A DNA stretch of 64,000 nucleotides, from contig OZ024765.1 in the NCBI GenBank assembly GCA_964016885.1, positions 23,560,001 through 23,624,000 of the forward strand. The letters are read 5' to 3'. The notes beneath the pieces were generated by a model that did not search any database, was not told where the DNA came from, and saw nothing but the letters and a program-made list of their open reading frames with translations. Each line of letters begins with the position of its first letter. The stretch's first letter is position 1. Below are positions 1 to 11,167 of the stretch, piece after piece. The stretch is from Eledone cirrhosa (lineage: Eukaryota). The translations under genes were made by a program, and so were the position numbers.

Positions 1-23
1 GTATTTATTTCTACTACTTTCAG

Positions 24-171
24 AAAAAACTATGAAGAGGTGAAATCCTTGCTGTCCTCTGGAGTGGATGTAAATAGTCAGAATAAAGACGGAGTTACTC
101 CACTCCACATGGCCATCATATACAACTGTACAGATATCGCACAGTTGTTAATCAACACACCTGCTATTAAG
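24..171 (+). CDS. ANK-RING-Death gene, exon A1 (ankyrin repeat); the gene continues upstream of the window
   Basis: Acceptor tttcag ends at 23, donor gtgggt starts at 172, phase 2->0. Translates KNYEEVKSLLSSGVDVNSQNKDGVTPLHMAIIYNCTDIAQLLINTPAIK with an ankyrin GxTPLH motif. Confidence 0.85.
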
Positions 172-407
172 GTGGGTCAACATATACACTCTGTAGATTT
201 GTCTGATTCTATTGATTATTGTTCAATATGACCATCACTATTGATAAATACTGAAAATATTTCCAAATCATTGTATATTTATCAATCTATGTATCTATCA
301 ATTTATCTATAATATCCACCTATCTACCCATGGCAATTTATCTATCTATCTGTCTGTCTACCTAGCTATCTATCTCTCACCCTCACTCTATTTATATATT
401 TATCTAC

Positions 408-438
<31 letters not shown>

Positions 439-445
439 GTCATGC

Positions 446-589
446 TTGCATGGATTAATAAAATACACCCAATACACTCTGTAAAGTGATAGTGTTAATG
501 TCGTGATATCTCTATATATATATATATATAATGACATTAACACTATCACTTTACAGAGTGTATTGGGTGTATTTTATTAGTCCATGCAA
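446..589. repeat. 57-bp inverted repeat around a (TA)n-containing spacer
   Basis: Arms 446-502 and 533-589 are reverse complements with one mismatch. Confidence 0.9.
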
Positions 590-662
590 AGAAAGTGTGG
601 AAAGAAACCAGGTGGACCATAACGCACCAGAGAACTCGATACTTAGGGTAGTAGAGTGGGTA

Positions 663-786
663 ATAGGAAAAGAGTCAGGCCCCCGACGGCTGAGCACCAG
701 CCATTTCAACAGCTAGATACAAACGTTCAGATCTAGATGTCAAAATGGCCGGAGCTCAGCCGTCGGGGTCCTGACTCTCTTCCTAT
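663..786. mobile_element. MITE-like fold-back element
   Basis: GC/CpG-rich imperfect 48-bp arms 671-718 and 731-778 (agagtcaggcccccgacggctgagc.../...gctcagccgtcggggtcctgactct), extending to ataggaa/ttcctat, 12-nt loop, TA flanks. Absent from duplication unit 2. Confidence 0.55.
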
Positions 787-1277
787 ATATATATATATAT
801 GTAGGAGGTGAGTTTTATTGTTGCACAATAAAGCAATGCAAATATCGGATAATACATATTAATAATTTCTTTTCCTCGCACATATTATTAAACCCTTCAA
901 TATACAAACCTTAATTTAATATTATTCTTAATCCCTTTTTCTCTTCATGCATAAACCTCATTAACTTTTAATTTCAAATTCTTTTAAATTATCTATTATC
1001 TTCCAACAGGCTTTTTAACTTCTCTCTGTGAGACAATATATATTTTTTTCTCAGTTGTAAAGGCTATCTCTCTCTCTCTATCACCCATCTCATCCTTCAT
1101 TCTTATACTCCTCCTCCCACCATTCTTTACTCTCATCTACTCCTCTTCCTTACCTTCTCCAACCCCGCCCCCCTCACTTTTTCCCAATCTCATACATCAA
1201 CCTTAAATTATTTTTCATATGTTGATTTAAAACTTCACTATTCACAAGTGTTTTTTAAACTTCATATCATGTATCCC

Positions 1278-1348
1278 TATTTTATCTGATGAAAATGCAG
1301 ATATCATCCCATGATGATATTTTTTTTTGAAATGCGCATAATAAAATA
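1278..1348 (+). ncRNA. Minimal type I hammerhead ribozyme (Penelope-associated type)
   Basis: Stem I tattttat (1278-1285)/ataaaata (1341-1348); core CTGATGA 1286-1292; stem II aaa/ttt plus atatcatc/gatgatat; GAAA 1329-1332; palindromic stem III ATGCGCAT; AUA cleavage triplet ends at 1340. Confidence 0.7.
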
Positions 1349-1410
1349 CTTGGAACTCTTTTAACCATCTTTTGATCTTATATTATATATATATATATAT
1401 ATTTATATAT

Positions 1411-1998
1411 ATCATCATCATCATCATCATCAACGTTTAACGTCCGTGTTCCACGCTTGCATGGGTTTGGACGGGGGTAGTCCCACTTGAGGCAAGAGTG
1501 ATTGTCTTGCTCGCATAGGACTGTCTGGCAGGTTTTCTACAGTTGGATGCCCTTCCTAACACCAACCACATTTACAGTGTGGGTCTGGGAGGTTTTTACC
1601 GTGTTGCCTACACGGCCACATTACAGCGTGGACTGTGTGTTTTTTTGTCGTGACACCTACACGATCTCATTTGTTTCGGCCTCGATGGCGCGGCACCAAC
1701 ATAGCTTTACATAGAACGGGGTGGTGTGGATGGGGTGGGGGTGGTGGTGGGACGGGGTGTATTTTGTTAGAGATGCCTACTGGCAAGGCAGGTCTTCTCT
1801 GTTACTGAGTACCGCCAAAGGTCTCGGTCCAGTGACATTGTCTTGGAGAGGTGTAAGTGTGTGAGGTCGGAGTTTATCAGCTCGTCCCAGGTTTTTCTAG
1901 GTCTGCCTATTCCGTGGCTACCGTCTATCTTTATTGCCCTGCACTTTGTTATACAGCTATCGACTTTCATGCGCATCACGTGTCCATACCAACGTAGC
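1411..1998 (-). mobile_element. 5'-truncated RTE-clade LINE (RT C-terminus, 3' UTR, (GAT)n tail)
   Basis: ORF 1767-1979 has the RTE C-terminal motif GRPRKTWDE. The 3' UTR carries ggatgcccttccta and an (atc)n tail on the + strand. Confidence 0.85.
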
Positions 1999-2019
1999 CA
2001 GTATATTTATATACTAATC

Positions 2020-3890
2020 CAGATTAGTAAACAATAAATATGTAGATATTTTTTCTCATGATTATTTCAAAACACCTATATTTTATTTAAAATATCAAAA
2101 TACTAAGGATAAAAGAATTTAGAAATGAAAATCTGTCAATCTTGAAGCACCTCAGGGTAAACAATATTCATTGTGTAATTTTTTGTTGGCGTCCAAATGA
2201 ATAAATTGTTGTTGCTTTCAACTCTCGAGCAACCAACATAGAGTTGGCCATGGTTGAAACATGTAGTAGAGAGATCAAGTCCAACTACCTTGAGGGATTG
2301 ACCCTGAGATTTGTTAATTGAAATAACAAAAGTTAGTTTAACTGGACACTGAAGCCTTTTAAATTCAAATGGAACAGCTGTAGGTATGAGAGGAATTCTT
2401 AGAATAAAAACATTTTCTCCTTTGTGACTACCTGTTATGATTGTTACCTCTAGGACATGGGGCTTCATGGAAAGTAACAATTAAGTGAGTTTCATTACAC
2501 AGGCTAGGTAGGTAAAGATTCCTAAGCAACATAATGGGAGCACCCAGCTTTAGTGTCAAGTTATGCTGTGGCATCCCAGTGGGTTTAAGTGTGTTCAGAA
2601 ATTCAGCCTGACCTTGATTGACTGATGTGTGAGTTGATTGCAAAATCATTTCTGATGTATGTGTTAACTTTTGAAGAAGTTCATGATTGAGTTTATCAAT
2701 CATTTCATTAGTTGGAGCCAGTATAACTTTTTCACATAGCCAGTTTATATCAGTGTAATTGACAGATAAATTAGGAAATACTTTATCTATAAGATCATTA
2801 AGAGAATGTACCATTCGATCACATGTAATTTCATATAGCTGAATGTTAATAAGAAGCTCCTCTCAGAATTCACCAGCTGTATGATCATCTTGTAGATGTA
2901 CTCTCATGTTGTTTGTAAGGTGAAGTTTTTTCACATGTCTCCAAAGGTATGATTTTTTAAAGCATGCATTGACCTCATCAGCTTTTGTTCCTTTGGAGAT
3001 AACTGGCAACATTTGACAGAAATTTCCTGCAAAAAGAATTGTTACTCCTCCCATGAGCATGCTATTGTTTTTTATGTCTTGGAGGGTATGGTCAAGTACA
3101 TCTAGAACTCCACGATGTGACATGGTACACTCATCCCAAACAATGAAGCAAGTTCTTTGGAGAGCTGTTGCCAATGCTGAGCCTTTGGAAATGTTGAATG
3201 TTTGAGATTCTTTCATTACAACATTTAGAGGGAGTTTTAACATGAAATGAGTATAGACCCGTCTAAGTGCATCATCTTTCTTAATTCCAGGCCATCCTTC
3301 AACATCTCTCCCACTTTCCCTCCTCTTCCACATCTTTTTAGTTTGAATCAATGTATAAAAGTTTGGTACTTATTGGTAGAGTAATGTTGCAACAAATGAG
3401 TCTTGATTACAAAGTTTAAAGAATGCAGTATGTGTTGTTTCTGAAGGAGTTTGCAGTTACTGCATAACCTGCTGGAGATTTTCAGAACTAAAGATTACAC
3501 ACTGCCCATTTTCTAAATGTACGGCTAGATGAACTACTGTTGGATACCTTTAATGAAGCGGAAAATTGAACTTTGAATGTTTGCATAAATCCATGTTCAA
3601 CTATCTCCTTAGATGCACCAAATGATGTCATTTGAAATGCAGAATCTAATATCCATAAGATGTTGAGGAGTAGCTGGTAGTGCTGGTAAACTTACTTTAC
3701 CGCCTGAGCACACCAATTTGGACAGAATTATGATTTTTAGTCAAATGGGATGGATGATATCTTAAAGCAGCTCCAGGAGTTGTGAACAATGAATTTGTTG
3801 ATGGTCTGTTTCTGAGAGCAATTCTATTGGATCTATACAAAATATAATTTAGAGATATAGTAATATTGGTATTTTGTGTTTTGGCAAATC
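2020..3890 (-). mobile_element. Decayed Helitron (PIF1-like helicase remnant), copy 1
   Basis: Frameshifted ORFs with IVWDECTM, LFAGNFCQMLPV, LKLGAPIMLLRNL, INKSQGQSL, FNHGQLYVGCSRV, NIVYPEVL. Confidence 0.9.
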
Positions 3891-3898
3891 TCTATAAT

Positions 3899-3973
<75 letters not shown>

Positions 3974-5209
3974 TGTTCTCTCTCTCACACATGTTATCTC
4001 TCAAAAAATGTTCTTTCAAAACGAAATATCACCAAGTTTGTCCAATTGATTATCTCCCTTCTCAACTGTATGCTAGACTGACAGACAGCCACACAGACAG
4101 ATACACTTTGTGGATCCTAACCTCTTCCTCATTCTCTCTAACTTCTTACCTCTCTCTCTCGTTCCCTCTCTCTCTTTCTTTCCATCCCTCTTTCTCTTTT
4201 TCTCTCTCTCTCGTTCCCTCCCTCCCCCTCCCTGTCTTCCCTCTCGTTCTCCACCTTCGCCACTATCAATAAACACCTCCCTCACTCTCTGTAATTTTCT
4301 ACTAACACTGCCACCACATCTGTCTTGCACCCCCCTCAATAAAGACCCTGTCAAACAGACGACAAATTAAACCTTTCTTTTCACATGGAAATAGTTTTCC
4401 AAGAGAGACAAAATAAAATGTAGAGATTCCATTGGCAACATGTTAATTTATATTTAATTATTGTCATATTTCTGTCATTAAATGAGAGAAATAAATCAAA
4501 CTTAACTCAAATTAGAGACATTTACATATTTCCACCATTTTTTTCTGTAGCGTCTATCTTATGACGTCACACCTTCCTCCTACTATCACTGTTGTCTACT
4601 CTTACTGCTACTACCACTCTGTATGGATTTGTTTGTGTCTGTGTGACTGTCTGTGTGTCTGTGTGACTGTCTGTGTGTGTGTGTGTGTGTCTGTCTGTGT
4701 GTCCGTGTGTGACTCTGTGTATGTATGTGTGTTACTGTCTGTGTGTATCGGTCTACGAATGTGTCTGTGTATGTATGTATGTATGTATGTATGTATGTAT
4801 GTATGTATGTGTCTGTGTGTGAGTATATATGTGTATCTTTCTATGTATTTCTGTGTGTATGTGTATCTGTCTACGTGTGTGTGTGTGAATTAATCTATTT
4901 ATTTAATACAAAAATCTAAGAAGGACGGGAGGGGGGGGGTTTACAGATACGAATTTCTCACTCTCTCTTTCTCTCTCACTTTTCTTCCTCTCTCTCTCCC
5001 TCTTTTCTCCTCTCGCTCTCTATTTCTTCCTCTCTCTCACTCTTTTACTCTGTCTTACTCGTTCTCTATTTACCTCTCTCACTCTCTCTTCCTCTCTCTC
5101 TCGTCTATTGTTAATTCTCTCCCCACCCCTCCATTCGCCCCCTCTCTTACTACATGCTCTCCCCTTCACTCTCACTCCCACCATATTTAATATATTTTTA
5201 CATTTTCAG

Positions 5210-5553
5210 ATCAATCAAGGAGATATAATTGGGACAACACCTTTACTTGCGGCTGTATGGGGGGGGGGGGGGGGTGATGCCATGGTGAGGGTGTTGTTAC
5301 ACAGGGGAGCTGACCCGAATATTAGTGATTGTAATGATTCTACGCCTTTAATTGCGGCTGTAATTATGGGATACACAGACATTGCGGGTGTGTTGCTGTC
5401 AAGTCCAGAAATAGACATAAGTATTGTAGATGTCTATGGTAGGACAGCTTTAGAACTGGCCAAAGATAGACCACACCTAGATATAATAAAGATGTTGGAG
5501 TCTCATGTCAGCCCTGTTCCAGGTAACAGAGCTGCAGGAGAAAGAGTGGAACA
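5210..5553 (+). CDS. ANK-RING-Death gene, exon B1 (about 3 ankyrin repeats plus linker)
   Basis: Acceptor ttttcag ends at 5209, donor gtaagt at 5554, phase 0->2. INQGDIIGTTPLLAAVW...DSTPLIAAVIMG...GRTALELAKD...SHVSPVPGNRAAGERVE. Confidence 0.85.
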
Positions 5554-5719
5554 GTAAGTTAACAATGATATGGAATATCAACATTTCTTTCTTTTACTCA
5601 ATAATCTCTGTTTTTTATTCAGTCATTAATGTCAAAATCCCACCATGGGGCCTCCTTATGTTGTCTCTTTAATGATGGTACTTAATACATATACTTACTG
5701 ATGTAAGTATTGTCTAAAC

Positions 5720-6225
5720 AACAACATGTACACACATATATGTAGATACACACACACATATATGTATATATGTAGATACACACACACACATACACACATA
5801 TATATATGTAGATCACACACACACACACACACGTGTGTGTGTGTCTGTACATATATATATATATGTGTGTGTGTATCTACATATATATATATATATGGGT
5901 GTGTGTATGTGTGTGTATCTACATATATATATATGGGTGTGTGTGTGTATCTACATATATATATGTAGATACACACACACACACATATATATATATGTAG
6001 ATACACACACATACACACACCCATATATATATATGTAGATACACACACATACACACACCCAGATATATATATATATATGTAGATACACACACATATATAT
6101 ATATGTACAGACACACACACACATATATATATATATACCTAGATACACACACACATATATATGTAGATACACAGACACACACACACATATATATATATAC
6201 ATACACATATATATATATACACACA
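5720..6225. repeat. Compound (TA/CA) microsatellite with tgtagatacaca units and an internal inverted segment
   Basis: 5833-5955 is the reverse complement of ~6000-6120. The ORFs here are low-complexity artefacts. Confidence 0.85.
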
Positions 6226-6504
6226 GAACGTGCAAGGAAATCCTGTTTCGTGTGTGAGAAACTATAGTAACTATCGTACCTACATTATAAACACTGGACA
6301 TAGTCTTCATTTCTAGCCTATATACATCTCTTAATTATATATACATGTGTAGATATTTTTATATACACACACACGTAGAATAGGAAAACAGAAAGAAAAT
6401 ATATTTTATTGATCTCCTTAACAAGTGTGTTATACTTAGACATATCTATTTGTTTACCTATTGTTGTATTGTATGGATAGACAGACAGAACATAATTGCT
6501 ATGG

Positions 6505-6680
6505 TGACATCCATAGATGAGGGGTGTGTAATAAAACTGTTCACTGTCCCAAAATAGAAGATTGCCAGGAAAATCACGTCTGTCATCTATGTACCGAACC
6601 CAAGAACTATTTCCAAAATAGATTCAATGTGGTAAATGTCATGTTTCTCTCTGTCTTCAAAGTGTCATAAACTTTCCAAA
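6505..6680 (+). mobile_element. Possible piggyBac-like transposase C-terminal Cys-rich remnant (also ~17145-17320)
   Basis: Across frameshifts it reads ...NKTVHCPKIED...CHLC...IQCGKCHVSLCLQ..NF, resembling the H-x-P...C-x2-C...C-x2-C-x-V-x-LC motif. Highly degenerate. Confidence 0.3.
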
Positions 6681-6939
6681 GATCCCAGGTCAAAAAAAGA
6701 GACACCATATTTCGATGATGGATGGACTCTAGGAAAAGGTGCAGCTACCAAATTGGTCCTTTCAGTCCCTGGCCTGTGTGTCTTCCTATACCATTGCTGT
6801 TGAACAACAACACAAACCAACTACCATGTCTTCCCCTACCATTCCTGTTGAAGAACATCAACAACAACAACAAAAATAGACCCTCAATACAGAAGTTGTG
6901 GAAGTTTGACAACTGATTTCTGCTTTAAGCCAAGAAATA

Positions 6940-7257
6940 GCAGGAAAACAGTACAGACCCCATTACTTTCAGAAACATCTTTTCATGCTCAGAGTTACTG
7001 AAGCATGGAACCAACTACCTGCATCAGTTGTTAGCTGTCAGGACACTGCATCCTTTAACACCTCCATCCTTCCTGAAATTCTCCAACACTACACCTGATA
7101 TCCTCACCTCCATACATGCACGCATGTGTGTGTGTATCATGACTCAATCACTGTTCACTTTCCTGATATTTCTACATTACTCTATGTACAATACATGCAC
7201 CTTTGATGAGTTGTAGTGCACCTGAGCATTGTACACAATAATTTTCATTATTATTAT
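6940..7257 (+). mobile_element. CR1/L2-like LINE 3' end (duplicated at ~17580-17897)
   Basis: KHLFMLRVTEAWNQLPASVVSCQDTASF matches the R-V-x3-WN-x-LP-x2-VV C-terminal motif; (ATT)n tail. Confidence 0.7.
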
Positions 7258-7665
7258 TGATTATGGATTGGCAGTATCAGTAGAGCGTCACACACCATGC
7301 TTTGCAGCATAGAGTTATGGCCCTGAACGTTCTGAGTTCAAATCCCACCTTTTATTATAAATCAGCATCATCATCATCATGAAAGGCACTGCTGATTTAA
7401 TCATGGCACCAGCACTAGGGATGTTGTCATGTCTTTGAAACCACTACAGAATCCTTTCTATCTTTTGTTTGGAAAGTTTTGTATGACAGGAAGCCCTTCC
7501 TATTAGCAACCACATTACAGAGTGTACTGGTTGTATTTTATCATGTCACCAATACTAGAGAGGTTGTTGTACCCTTCACACATAATCTCTGTAAACTTGT
7601 ATACAATGTAATATTTGGTGTAAATTAATGTTGTTGGTGAGTTGTATCTTTATTTTCTTTTACAG

Positions 7666-7808
7666 ATCTGTATGTCCCCCATGTCAGATTAATAAAGCCA
7701 CCAATACATCGACTCCATGTTCACATAACGTGGCTTGTGGAAAATGTTGTTCCACAATTGAACATTGTCCACAGTGTGGAATGAATGTATGTACGGTGGA
7801 TGAATTTA
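7666..7808 (+). CDS. ANK-RING-Death gene, exon C1 (RING-HC finger, IAP/Mind-bomb-like spacing)
   Basis: Acceptor ttttacag ends at 7665, donor gtaagt at 7809, phase 2->1. SVCPPCQINKATNTSTPCSHNVACGKCCSTIEHCPQCG fits C-x2-C-x11-C-x-H-x3-C-x2-C-x6-C-x2-C. Confidence 0.85.
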
Positions 7809-8049
7809 GTAAGTAATTATTTGATAATCTGTCTGTATATTTCCATTCATTACTTAGTGTGTTTGTCTCATGATCATAAGGTTCTGAGTTCAATTCCCAG
7901 GAGCTTATTGTATCTTTTGCACCTTAATTTTATGAGTAAGCTGTTCTGTTATTCAAACCTGTCTAAATGGTTTATAGTCATAAATCTTATATTTGAACTT
8001 TTATCCTATCTTCACCTATATTTGTGTTTTCTTGTACAAAAACAAATTT

Positions 8050-8635
8050 TTATCGTTTACTGTCCATTTTTCATGCTAGCATGGGTTAGACGGGTTGTCC
8101 CATTTGATGCAAGTAGCGTCAGGTGACCGTGTTTTACTCACATAGAACTGTTTCTGGCTAGGTTTCTACAGCTGGATGTCTCTCCTAATGCCAACCACAT
8201 TTACAATGTATGCTGGGTGCTTTTTGTTGTGGCTCTTACACAACCATTTACAGTGTGGGCTGGATATGTTTTATTCAGTGTACAGGTAGTGTGGAGAGGA
8301 GTGGGTACAGTAAGAGGTGCCTACTAGATGTATGAGTCTGTGGACATGGCAAAGTGTGTATTGTATATTACTGCTAAACACCAGTGATCTCTATCCTGTG
8401 TCATTGTCTTTGAGAGGTGCAAGTGTGCAAGGTCAGCTTTTATCACCTTATCCCAGGTCTTCCTGGGTCTTCCTATTTCATAGCTTCCATCAATTTTGAC
8501 CGTCCTGTACCTTTTTATACCTTTTTATACAACTGCTGTCCTTCATATACATCACATGACCAAACCAACACATTCTCCACTCTAGCATACTGCATCTGAT
8601 CCCTCTTATACCCAGCTTCTCTCTCAGTTACTTTA
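8050..8635 (-). mobile_element. RTE LINE 3' fragment
   Basis: Same 3' UTR as 1411-1998 (catgctagcatgggttagacgg...ctggatgtctctcctaatgccaaccac) plus a degenerate GRPRKTW-coding segment near 8450-8480. Confidence 0.75.
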
Positions 8636-8689
8636 CATTTATTGCTGTTTGTATACTTGCATTATATATATATCAATATTATGTGTACC

Positions 8690-9645
8690 AACTAACCAAG
8701 GAGGAGAGATAGGAGATTAGTTGTGAGAATTATAATTATTTATTTATAATACATTTCCTATAATATCCCTCTATCCTATTTTTTATTAGTATTAACCCTC
8801 CCTATCTAGGTCTTTTCCCCTTTTTGTGATTAATTTTATACTCTTTGACAATATCTTTATAAACCCCTTCTTTTAAAATATTTTAATTTCTATCTATATT
8901 TTATTTTTATCTTTATAATTAGTATTCCTATTGCTGAATCTCCTTTTACCTTAGCATAACTTATTAACACCTATTTTCCTTTCATCTCTTTAGTCTTTCC
9001 TTTTCTTCTTCACTCTATTTCTTCACACCTATGTATGACCCTCAACCTAGACCTCCCCTTAACTCTACACTTAAATTAATCACTTGAGGAACATTTACCT
9101 AATAATTTCACCTCTTACACTCTCGTATACATAGCCTGGACATTAAACATGATAATCTTACTTTTCTTTTCTTCTATCATTTTCTTACCCTTTATTTTAT
9201 AATATACTTTTATTTATCTTTCCTCCATTGTCTTAATATACATCACTCCCCTTAATTATTTCAATTTTAATGATTCCTCCTATATTAACCCTCTCCATTA
9301 ATTTTGCATGCTATTTCTTTTCACTCCTATATTCACTTTTTATTCTACCATTAAGTATAATACTAACACCTCTCTTCCTTTTTCTTTAAATATCTCCTTA
9401 GTATTTCAACATTCAATTCTATTAAATACTAGTTATGTTATGTTGTCAAATTATCTCCCTTCCCTCATATTTATGCCCCTTGCTATTTACACCTTCTTGT
9501 TTCCTGTTTTATATCTCCTCCATATATATATAAACAAGAAGTGTAAGTCAATAGGTTAAAATTAACTTCGTTTATACATAGTCACTGTTATATATATTTC
9601 GGATGATAACCATTATTCCACAGCTATGACCTCATCAGAACTTGA
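8690..9645 (-). mobile_element. Possible degenerate Penelope-like remnant with a decayed hammerhead core
   Basis: The purine-rich - strand has a GKC...FKCRVK...YIG fragment (GIY-YIG-like). The - strand also reads CTGATGA (9638-9632) - stem II gg..cc - GAAA (9600-9597) - ATATATAT, but stem I is poor. Confidence 0.35.
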
Positions 9646-9649
9646 ACAG

Positions 9650-9779
9650 AAAAACAAGAAAAGCATAATGATGGAACAAAGTTTACCTCCGTTATTTTGA
9701 TCTTTTGATATGCCCAGTCCCGAAGTATGATGTTGTTTTCTATGACAAAAATTGCATTATATTTTGACTCACCCTTGTA
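9650..9779. mobile_element. Mariner-like terminal inverted repeat end
   Basis: ttttgactcacccttgta reads TACAAGGGTGAGTCAAAA on the - strand, resembling mariner TIR starts, and ends at TA. Confidence 0.45.
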
Positions 9780-9818
<39 letters not shown>

Positions 9819-9973
9819 GTCGATTGCAACTGGTAAGTACAGATGTCCTGTATAAGGCAAATGTGAGTTTGAGTCACATAGGCAATGGTGTCCCCTTCTT
9901 TTAGATTATTTTTCATAGGCAAAAATCGTACATTGAAGGTTTCAATTTTAAGTTACATTTAATAAAATACACT

Positions 9974-10010
<37 letters not shown>

Positions 10011-10211
10011 ACATCCAGCTGTAGAAATCAAGCCAAAATCAGTTCCTGTATGAGCAAGACAAGGTCACTTGACCTAACATCGCCCACAGCAGGACAATCT
10101 GTCTAACCCATGCTAGTGTGGAAGAATGGACGTAAAACGGTGATGATGATGATTTCTATAGAACTACTGGATTCTATCTCATTTCAACTGCCCAGATGGT
10201 TCTATAGAAAT

Positions 10212-11148
10212 AGTAGACACTTTCCGTTAACTGGGTGACAAAATCAGCAGTGGTGGAGGGTGCTCTGAAATTGAAGTAGCCAGAGTTAAAACGGGATGGA
10301 AAAAGTTCAGAGTGCTAATACCGCTGTTGGCGGCAACAGGTTTCTTTCTAAAAGTGATAGGCAGATTGTATGATGCTTGTATACGAACAGCAATGTTACA
10401 TGGTAGTGAGACTTGGGTGTCGTGTGCTGAAGGCTTGTGTAGATTAGAAAGAAATGAAGCTTGCATGCTCCGATGGATGTGTAATAGTAATGTGAGCGAA
10501 TGGCAAAGCATAAACGAATTGAGAGAGAGACTAAGCATAAGAGGTGTCAAATGTTGTGTTCTGGAGAGGAGATTGTGTTGGTATGGTCATGTGATGCATA
10601 TGAAGGACAACAGCTGTATAAAAAAGTGCAGGGCAATGAACATTGATGGAAGCTACGGAGTGGGTAGACAAAGGAAAACCTGGGACGAGCTGATAAAAAT
10701 TGACCTTGTTCACTTAAACCTCTCTAAGACAATATCACTGGATCGAGATCTTTGGCACTATGCAGTTGTACAGAAGACCTGCTTTCTCTGGCATACAAAC
10801 TTAAACCTACAGTCAGTAGGTACCTCTTAACCCAATATACACCCCACTCCACACACCCTACTCCGTCCTCCCATAGAAATGGGAGGACCTCTGTAAAGTG
10901 GTCATATTGGTGACACGACAAAGATCTCCCAGTCCACATTGTAAAGTGGTCATGTAGGAGACACGGTAAAAAGGCTCCCAGTCCACACTATAAATGTGGT
11001 TGGTGTTAGGAAGGGCATCCAGCCATAGAAAACCTGCCAGGGACAGTTCTGTATGAGCATGACACGGTCTCCCGACTAATCTTGCCTTAAGTGAAACAAA
11101 ACCGTCCAACCCATGCTAGAGTGGAAGATGGACGTTAAATGATGATGA
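10212..11148 (+). mobile_element. 5'-truncated RTE LINE (RT C-terminal region plus 3' UTR with ~49-bp repeats and (GAT)n tail)
   Basis: ORF 10312-10830: MLHGSETW, LRWMC, RRLCWYGHV, GRQRKTWDE. The 3' UTR has repeated tgtaaagtggtc...cccagtccaca and ggaagggcatccagc. Confidence 0.9.
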
Positions 11149-11167
11149 TATATATATATCTTAACAG

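Noticed and set aside
2136-3351. Host PIF1 helicase gene
   Set aside because: Intronless, frameshifted, antisense within an intron, and Helitron-type in its motifs. It is a decayed transposon.
3866-6310. ORFs rich in SL, CV, YI and HT repeats
   Set aside because: Translations of (CT)n, (GT)n and (TA/CA)n microsatellites. Only 5210-5553 is coding.
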